Origin: Octopus vulgaris
Taxonomy: Eukaryota
Length of the DNA: 64,000 nucleotides
Direction: 5' to 3'
Assembly (NCBI GenBank): GCA_951406725.2
Contig: OX597814.1
Coordinates: 138,818,001 to 138,882,000 of the forward strand
Numbering within the stretch: the stretch's first letter is position 1; each line of letters opens with the position of its first letter. Both the position numbers and the translations under genes were made by a program. The notes under the pieces were generated by a model, which was given only the letters and a program-made list of their open reading frames with translations, was not told where the DNA came from and searched no databases. Shown here in pieces: positions 54,086 through 64,000 of this stretch.

Positions 54086-54738
54086 CATACATACATACAT
54101 ACATATATGCATAATACATACATACATGCATACATACATACATACATACATACATACATACATACATGCATACATGCATACATAATGCATACACACACAC
54201 ACACATACATACATGCATACGTACATACATACATACATACATACATACATACATACATACATACGTACGTACGTACGTACATACATACATACATACATAC
54301 ATACATACATACATACATACATACATACATGTTCACCACCTGAAAGTAAACATCACTTTCTGATGAGATCCGGACTTAATGTGGGGTTATTTTACATCTA
54401 ACATCGCTTGAATGCTGATGATCGAAACCTAAAGGACGGATTGAAACATGTAGGATTCATTTCTGTTTGTCTCTTTTGTTGATTCTCTTCCTTTACATCC
54501 TGAATCCTAAATGTATTACTCTTTTTCATCGGGATAAAAATAAAATAAAATAAAAACTAATTATTCACTATATTTCTTCTCTATTTTCTTTTACTAACTT
54601 CATATAGAATAAGTACTAGGCTTACAAATAATAAGTCCTTGAGTCGATTTCTTCGACTAAAGGTGGTGCTCCAGCATGGTCGCAGTCAAATGACTGAAAC
54701 AAATAAAAGAATATATATATATATACACATATACATAA

Positions 54739-54855
<117 letters not shown>

Positions 54856-56384
54856 TATATACGACGGATTTCTTTCGGTTTCCGTCTACCAAATCTAGTC
54901 ACAAGGTTTGGGTTGACCCGAGGCTATAGACACTTGCACTAAGTGCCAAGAAATGGGATTGAATCCGAAACCATGTGGTTGGGAAGCAAGCTCCTTACCA
55001 CACGGCCACATCTAAAATAATTGAATCTAAAGATAATTTTCACGATGTCAACGGACACATTCCTTTCTAAGTGTCTTTATATACGGGGTGTTAGGTTTAC
55101 AAATCACATTCTAAATAATGGTTAGAGAAATATTCTTTGTGGTGAAATATTCATGAAATACATTTCTTCCAAACTTGAAAATATGTTGACAGTAAATTTT
55201 TACGTAGTAAAAGTAACGGAGGAGTTGAATATTATGAACGTCAGATTCCTTGACGTCAATATGTGTTAATCACCTTGTCGTAGATAACGTTAATCGCGAA
55301 TATTGAAGGATATACAATTGATATTCGATTTGTTTGATATAAATCTCAAGTATAAATGAAAAACTATAGTTGATAGTTATGCATATAAATTGGAAACACT
55401 ATTTTCATTAGATTACTGATTTGTCGTTTAAAAACCAAGTGAGGGGGAAATAGATGATTTCCAATTGATAACTGAACTTTAATTCAATTTTCTGATTGGT
55501 ATTTTTAAAGGCTATTTTGTTCAAATACTGTATGACATCCAGGCTTCCACGCTATCTCCTATCATTTGCATCATTTATTGGATAAAATTAATCATAGAAA
55601 TAAATTGAAAGAAAAAAATGAGATATTTACTGGAGTCGATATTTCCTTGTAACCAATGAAATAAATATTTCATTAGATTCAAGGTACGTGAAAGGAAATT
55701 GTTTAAAACTGAAACTTATTTTTGTAACTAATGTTGTCTTGTTAGTTTATCGACTATGCTATACAAAGAAAATATTTTAGCGGGTAGGTTGTTGCAGAAA
55801 TCAGTGAACTAAATAATCTCCAACAAATTCGCCGTCAAACCTCCGCTAAAATTATAGGTGCTATTGATACAACTTATTGAATCAGATTAAAAATAGTGTT
55901 CGGAAGGAAAAAGTCTTGTAAACTTTCTGTTACCAGGTCATGTGCATCCTACAGGAAAATACTTAGTGATTCTCCATTATCTATAAATTATTGGCAAATT
56001 TCCATACAATGTTCTCTCAACAAGTAATTTTGTAAACTGTGCAGTTTAGGCAATTTGGCCGACTCCCTGCAACCTAAGGGTAATATTCTTTATATTTTCC
56101 CCCCTTGGATCTTACCAAATATTCCATAAATCACAAACAATTTTTCCGTTTATGTAAAAGCCCAGAGCATTTCTTTACTATTCATTACATTTATACAGAC
56201 AACAATTTATTTTTGTGTGCAATTTTCGTGCCAATATTTTCAATGATTAGGTTTCGCAAAAAAATAAATAAATAAAATAGGTTGGTTAAAAGAACATTAA
56301 CAATTTTTCTGTGGATATTCATACTGTTTCCATGCAAACCACATAAATAATTGTTTCTCACATAGGAACGAAACATGATATTTG

Positions 56385-57230
56385 GTGGTGGGAAGCTAGT
56401 CGATTATATCGATTATATTGACACCTGTATTTGACTGGTACTTTATTCTGCAGATCCCGACAGGAGAAAATGGAAAAAGATCTTGGGGGAGATTTTAACT
56501 CAGATTCGGGAAAAAAACCGTTGAGTATTTTTACCAACGTCCAAACGCTTCTGTCAAAGTACTTCTCCCCAAAGTAACTAAAAACTTATTTGCAACATAG
56601 GCTAAAGACCCGAAACTTTGTAGAGGAGAAGTCTAGTCGAGTATATTAACTCCAGTACATGACTGGTACTTTATTTCATCAACTGGGTTACAAGGCAAAA
56701 CTGACCTCAACGGTATTTGAACCCAAAACGTAAAAGACCGGAAGAAATACTGCAACGCATTTTCCCATCATATCAACGATTCTACTAAATCACCACCATT
56801 AAAGTTATATAAATAATTAATATTGATTAAAATAAACTTAGCAAAAGGCTGGCAATTTTGGAGGCGGGGTAAATCAATTACATCGACTCCTGTGTTCAAC
56901 TAGTACGTATTTTCTCAACCCCGAAAGGATAAGAGGCCAACTCGACCCCTACAGAATTTGAACTCGCAATGCAAAGACAGACGAAATGCCGCTAAGTATC
57001 TTGCCCAGTGCGCTAACGTTTCTGCCACCTTGCCGCCTATGTATATAATAAATTTTTAGTGATCCTTCGTCCTTCGTTACGTTCTGAGGTTCAAATTCCG
57101 CAGAGGTCGACATTACCTTCCATTCTTTCGGGGACGATAAAATAAGTACCAGTTGAATACTGGGGTCGATGCAATCGACTTAGTCCCATCCCAAAATTGC
57201 TGGTATTGTGCCAAAGTATGAACCCTATAT
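56385..57230. mobile_element. Degenerate SINE family A cluster
   Basis: Three diverged minus-strand units (~56385-57040), then a plus-strand headless unit (~57066-57230). Confidence 0.7.
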
Positions 57231-58057
57231 TCAATGATCTTTGTTTCAGTCTTGCATCCGAGAAAAGAAGTAATTTATGTTTTCTAAAGATCTATCTGAA
57301 ACTACTTCTACATATAACAATCAATTACATAATAGAATTGATTCTGACTGGGACTATAAGTTTCGCTTGATTATTCAAACGAAATAATTGGAAACGTCAA
57401 GTGAAACTTAAAATGTACGTCAAAACGTATTTAGTGAAAATTTTAACGAATTTATTATTGAGTTTTCCCATAAATAAATACATAATTTTTATTCATAAAT
57501 CTACTTTAAAATATTAAACTTAAATTAACAACTAACTATCAATGAAATTCTATAACAAATCTATGAAAATTGACAATCCGATAAAATTAAATTATATCAT
57601 TTCTGTTATTAAATCACACCTACCTTATGTATATATAATCATATAGAGAAGTTATGATGCAATACGCTTAAAAATTTGGCACCATAGATCTCGATTTTAC
57701 GAAAATTTCCAGATACACAGACTCTAAGAGTACTTGTTAAAATTATATGCTTTAGAAATAGATTTCACTGTTACTATCATCGTTATACTAAATTTAAAAT
57801 ATAAAACACAATCTTCTATACATGCATACGTTCGTAAATGCAAATGTGCATATAAATACTCACACACACACACCCTCACACGCACACACACGTATGTATG
57901 TAGGTATACATACATACAAAAAAGTATAATTCTATTGTCGACCGTGGAATATGTGCAGTGAGTATACCCCTGTGTGGCTTTGATGGCTACACTGTGTATT
58001 CAGTCTCTACTTGTGAGTGCATGCATAACTGGAAGGACTTATATTTTTTATATGTAT

Positions 58058-58139
<82 letters not shown>

Positions 58140-58785
58140 GTATCAAAGGCATTCTGAAGCACGATATGTGAACCATACATCGGGTCAGCAGTGGGCTCTG
58201 CAGTCTACTGCAGTGTGCAATCTAGTATGATGCGGTGCATCAACTTTGAGATGTACTTAGTGTGCAGAAAAAACAATACAAATAATAATTTACAGAAAAC
58301 AGATATGGTAGTCAATGTTTTCAAGAACGTGCGGTTGTTTCATTAAAATGCCGTAACAATTACATAACAGTTGTAAAAATATTATGCAATGTGTCACCAC
58401 ACCTCAGTGCTCCGCAATAAATACAATGACATGTTAAAAGCTCCAAATATATACAGATTTCCACTATGCAAATTATCAACGACTTTGCATGCCATATACA
58501 TACGTTAGGTTATGTCGGACAAATGAGAAAATTGTTCAATGCATGTTGTGAAGGATTTGGTGTTTTTATTGCAACTGAAACAGTAGAGTTTGTTTCACGA
58601 CTCAAGTTCATACATCTACGATCCTCAGCCGAGAATTATTACAGTTGATATTTATATTCCTTGGTGTGTGTCTGTGGCTTAGTATTTGTGTTTTTTCATT
58701 GGATTGGTGTTCATTGACAGGGTACAAAGCACACACAAAATCTTTTTTGCAACAAGAAAACACATTTCTACAAAATAACAGTTTC

Positions 58786-58903
58786 TTTTTACTCTCAAAA
58801 TAAGCAACAAAAATTACTCATCAGTCAAAAACACCTTTTATTAAAGATATAACTACTCACAAAACGGATGAGTAATTTTTGCTGCATGTTTTGAGAGTAA
58901 AAA
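58786..58903. repeat. 37-bp inverted repeat
   Basis: TTTTTACTCTCAAAATAAGCAACAAAAATTACTCATC at 58786-58822 versus 58867-58903, 3 mismatches. Confidence 0.8.
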
Positions 58904-59432
58904 AATCGAACTCATATCCCTTATGTTTATTTACATATGACGAAATTTCTATTACATCTAGCATTTCTAGTTCTAAAACTGCAGAATTTGTCACTAAAGC
59001 AGTCTAGCATAATGATGGAGCACTTTGACTGGAAATTAAAGGGATGTGAGTTCGATTCTTATGGCTGGTTTCTGACAGATTTTCCTGCTCTGTAAGGATT
59101 TTATCTTATATATGCTGTTCTATCAGTACTTACGCGTTGAAAATATATATCTTTGTAATATATATAATGGGCTTCTTTCAGTTTCCATCTACCAAATCCA
59201 CTCACAAGGATTTAGTCAGCCAGAGGCTATAATTGGAGACACCATTCCAAGGTGCCACGCAGTGGGACTGAACCTGGAACCATGTGTTGGTAAGCAAGCT
59301 ACTTACCACACAACCACTCCTGCGCCTGTATACATATATATAGAAAAATTCTAAATACCACTCTCAGTCGAGACAAAAATTGTTTATATTGTGGCAAAAC
59401 TTGGGCAGCAACTACTAAACAATAATAGAAAG

Positions 59433-59465
<33 letters not shown>

Positions 59466-60119
59466 AAGTATATGACAACTAAAATAATAAACACAGACAC
59501 CAGTGGCAATGAAATACCAGGGATAGTTGAAAGCAAATATTTACGATGTTGAATCAATTCATGTATTTTTCAAATCATGAAACTTTTACTTCTACATGTA
59601 ACTACAATAAATAAATACAGTCTGCTAGCCGCATCCGTTACTTCAAAATAAATTTAATTGGTAGTTCCTGTGTGTGTGTGTATGTGTGTGTGTGTGTGCG
59701 TGTGTATTCAGTTACATATGTGCATAAATATATATATATATAATCACACAAACACACACACACACACACACAGATGATCTAATGCCACTCCCTGCCGGTT
59801 ACGACGACGATTGTTCTAGTTGGTCTGATAATTTCACACACTGCTATAAAATTATTGTGCAAGTGGCTGAGAGACAGACGTACTATTAATGTAGTTCTCG
59901 GAGAGATTCAGTATGACACGGAAAGCAAACAAGGTTGGCCCTGTGAATTACAGGTACTACTCATTTTTTGCCAGTTGAATGAACTGGAGGAACATGAAAT
60001 AAAGTGTCTTGTTCAAGGATACAATGCGTCGCCCACTGGGAATCGAAGTCACGACCTTTCGATTGCAAACCGAATACGTTACCCACTTAGCCACGTGCCT
60101 TCCGTGCACACACACACAT

Positions 60120-60189
<70 letters not shown>

Positions 60190-61038
60190 GTTAGAAGGGG
60201 TGGGTCGAAATTTTATATTCTGATTGGTGTTCATTTTGGTATGATAAATAAATTAACCCCACCACCACCAACTAATTCTGCGTTTTGAATACTGAAAATG
60301 TAAGAAACTGTAAGCTTGTTTTAATGCTATTAACTTTGTATTGGTTAAATATTACCTATATAACATTCTATAACTTCTATGTAACCCCAAACCCCACCAT
60401 ACCTAAAAAGAAAACAGTTATTGGAATCTTTATTTATATAGTCTCTATTAATTTTTTTAATAAAAAAGCCTATATTCAGAAAAGCACTTCCAATGTTAAG
60501 AAAATGTAAATTCATAATGACTAATTTGATATGCAATAAAAAAACTATGCACGAACCTCAAACGGAATATTCCATGAACAGTGAACACCATAAAATGAGT
60601 ATTAATAGTATTTACTATTTAATTAAATAATCATTATCTTTTCCAGTCAAAGTGAGATAAACTTTGTCTTGATTTCTATACATTTAATATGAATTGATGC
60701 CTATTTTCGTAGCCTATTCTGACTTCAGAAGCTGTTGTCACTAAATTGATAGCATGCTCGACTCCTTGGCTGTGATATACTTTCGCTCACAGTTTTAGTG
60801 ATTGCGAGGAGACGTCAACACTGCCCCGACCCATCTTTCTTTGATCTCGCAGAAAATAGAAATGTAACACCACTTAGCTATGCACATTTGCATGTCAGAT
60901 GATAAGCGTAACATGAAATAGCGCATTTTACTGAAGAACACAACACGCTGCCCTGTCAAGGAATCGAACCAACATAATTCTAGTCCAACATACCCTAACC
61001 ACAAGAGCACACGTCTTCTCAACATATTCAATAAACAA

Positions 61039-61075
<37 letters not shown>

Positions 61076-61106
61076 TAGATACATACATACATACATACAT
61101 ACATAC

Positions 61107-61188
<82 letters not shown>

Positions 61189-61436
61189 TGATAGATGAGA
61201 GGAAATTGCCAATTAAATATATCTTTAAGTAACAGGCGCAGCTGAGAGACGTGTTTAAACTCTCTTAATTTGACGCCGCTCCCATTTTTCGTATGAAGCA
61301 CTCTTCAATATTTGGAAATACAAACAACTTCAAGAGATGTGATTATTAGTGGACATAAGATTTTAATCGACTTATATTTAATGTATCAGCTACTTATACA
61401 AAAAGCAGAGATTCTGGACACTGTGAGACAATCTAA

Positions 61437-62075
61437 GTTTCAATTAAATTCCGCCGAGATCGACTTTGCCTTTCATCCTTTCGGGGTCGATTAAATAAGT
61501 AGCAGTTATACACTGGGGTCGATGTAATAGACCTAATCCCTTTCTCTGTCCTTGTTTGTCCCCTCTATGTTTAGCTCCTTGTGGGCAATAAAGAAATAAA
61601 AATATTAAGTGTTTGCAAGGCGGCGAGGTGGTAGAAACGTTAGCACACCGGGCGAAATGCTTAACAGTATTTCGTTTGTCACTACGTTCTGAGTTCAAAT
61701 TCCGCAGAGGTCGACTTTGCCTTTCATCCTTTTGGGGTCGATTAAATAGGTAGCAGTTGCGTACTGGGGTCGATGTAATCTACTTAATCCGTTTGTCTGT
61801 CCTTGTTTGTCCCCTCTATGTTTAGCTCCTTGTGGGCAATAAAGAAATAAACATATTTAGTGTTTGTAAGGCGGCGAGGAAATGCTTAACAGTATTTCGT
61901 TTGTCACTACGTTCTGAGTTCAAATTCCGCAGAGGTCTACTTTGCCTTTCATCCTTTTGGGGTCGATTAAATAGGTAGCAATTGCGCACTGGGGTCGATG
62001 TAATCTACTTAATCCGTTTGTCTGTCCTTGTTTGTCCCCTCTATGTTTAGCCCCTTGTGGGCAGTAAAGAAATAA
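61437..62075 (+). mobile_element. SINE family A trimer (tandem duplication)
   Basis: Three near-identical units separated by the repeated spacer ATATT(A/T)AGTGTTTG. Confidence 0.85.
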
Positions 62076-62096
62076 GAAACTGAAAGAAGCCCGTCG

Positions 62097-62152
<56 letters not shown>

Positions 62153-62282
62153 TACTTACATACGTGTGTGTGTGTGTGTGCGAGTGCGTGTGTGTATCTT
62201 TGTGTCTCTGTTTGTCCTCACTACCACCACCACTACCAGCGCTTGGTAATCGGTGTCTGTGTATTTACTTATTAGCGGTAAT

Positions 62283-62628
62283 GAAGGCGCAAGGCTCAAT
62301 GGTTAGAGCGTCGAGCTTATGATCGTGAGGTTGTGAGTTCGAATCCCGGACCGGGTTGCGTGTTGTGATCTTGAGCAAGACACTTTGTTTCACGTTGTTG
62401 CTCCCGTTCACTCAGCTGTAGAAATGAGTTGCAACATCACTGGTGCCAAGCTGTATCAGCCTTTGCCTTTCCCTTGGATAACACTGGTGGCGTGGAGAGC
62501 GGAGGCCGGTATCCATGGGCGACTGCTGGTCTTCTATAAACAACCTTGCCTGGACTTGTGCCTGGGAGGGTAACTTTCTAGGTGCAATCCCATGGTCAGT
62601 CATGACCGAAGGGGGGGTCTCAGCAACC
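62283..62628 (+). mobile_element. tRNA-derived SINE family D nested in a family C tail
   Basis: Head GAAGGCGCAAGGCTCAATGGTTAGAGCG...GAGTTCGAATCCCGG. TAGCGGT on both sides (62273-62279 and 62629-62635). Related heads at ~15445-15562(-), 40510-40830(+), 49830-50100(+), 59790-60105(-) and 60880-61020(-). Confidence 0.8.
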
Positions 62629-63182
62629 TAGCGGTTCGACAAAAGGAAAGATAGAATAAATACCAGGATTTAAAAAATGTACTGAGATCGATTCGTTCTC
62701 CTAAAAGTTCTTCAAGGCAGTGACCCAGATTGGCAGCAGTTTAATGACTGAAGAAACTAAAAAGTAAGTATAAGCTTTTGCTGCTAACCCTGACATAAGT
62801 TTCTATAAAATATATAAAACGAGAATTTTCACATCAAAAAATATGTTGTATGTTCACGGCTACATTACTACAATTGAAGTATTTTTTTTTAAAAATTCCC
62901 TAATATATCATAGGCGCAAGCGTAGCAAAAAGTATCACCTTATGATTCCACGTTCAATCCCACTGCGTGGCACCTTAGGCGAGCGTCTTGTCCTGTAGCT
63001 CCGAGCCGATCAAAGACTTATAACTGGATTTGGTGGACAAAAACTGTAAGAAGCCCGTTATATGTATAGATATATGTGTGTGTGTGTGTGTGTTTGTATG
63101 TATGTATGTATGTATTATTCTTTTTATTCTTTTACTTGTTTCAGTCATTAGACTGCGGTCATGCTAGAGCACCGCATTATAT

Positions 63183-63220
<38 letters not shown>

Positions 63221-63751
63221 CTGTGTTTTTGTTTGCCCACCACTACCGTCTGACAACTAATTTTGCTTTGTTTATGACCCCGTAACCTTGTGGTTCAGTA
63301 AAAAGACCCCGATAAAATAAGTACTAGGTTTAGAAAAAGTAAATAGTAAGATCGGTTTGTTCTACTAAACCCTTCAAGGCGGTGCTGCAATCCAGTGACT
63401 TAAACCAGTAAAAGATAAGCGATATGGTAGCAAAATAATTCAGAATTTATCCTCTCCTCCTCCATATCTTTAGAAATTTTTCTCTATATATGCGTTACGA
63501 ACTGAAAATCTAGCTTCAAATTTAGAGACTTTGTTTATTTAGAAGTTTCGTACTGCAGGCGACATCAAATCATAAATACTTAAAAAATATCTATGATCAC
63601 ATTTATATTAAACTACGCCATGTACAAATACAAAGCTCAACAATTTTCTTTTCAATTTTGGAGAGAAGTCTACAATTTGCAGACGATATAATATCGACAG
63701 TACTTAGTCTTCAGAAAACATTTACCACCAAGTCGGTAAATATTTAAAGAG

Positions 63752-64000
63752 TGGAGGTGCAATGGCCGAGTGGTTAGGGCAGCGGACTCGCGGTCGGAGG
63801 ATCGCGGCTTCGATTCCCAGACCGGGCATTGTGAGTGTTTATTGAGCGAAAACACCTAAAGCTCCACGAGGCTCCGACAGGGGGTGGTGGTGAACCCTGC
63901 TGTACTCTTTCACCACAACTTTCTCTCGCTCTTTCTTCCTGTTTCTCTTGTACCTGTATTTCAAAGGGCCAGCCTTGTCACACTCTGTGTCACGCTGAAT
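63752..64000 (+). mobile_element. SINE family B (runs off the window)
   Basis: Same head and body as the 34535-35028 copy. Confidence 0.85.

Noticed and set aside
63752-63825. tRNA genes at SINE heads (also 31039, 34950, 62283)
   Set aside because: The cloverleaves are imperfect and each runs into a repeated SINE body, so these are tRNA-derived heads.

Overview
Eukaryotic, very AT-rich, repeat-dominated window. I could not support any host protein-coding gene. The microsatellite load ((TA)n, (TATG)n, (TAGA)n, (TAA)n) and the tRNA-derived SINE families resemble octopus genomic DNA; this is an inference from recall, not a database result. Most ORFs in the track are microsatellite read-throughs. 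Recognisable elements are: a near-intact DD34D mariner (3164-4439, one frameshift); decayed mariner, maT and Tc1 copies; a complete non-autonomous Helitron; R4/Dong-like, L1/Tx1-like and RTE LINE fragments; several Penelope-like remnants; and dozens of modular SINEs. The most notable non-coding signal is a non-coding ~485-488 bp unit at 51053-52172, arranged as a partial tandem plus an inversion inside (TA)n. Each arm carries a type I hammerhead ribozyme fold with a long stem II insertion, which suggests a Penelope pLTR-derived or retrozyme-like element. At least five more hammerhead-like motifs, mostly degenerate, lie beside microsatellites. A second recurring pattern is short local copies of nearby DNA at insertion junctions. 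All coordinates were counted by eye, and boundaries of decayed elements are approximate.
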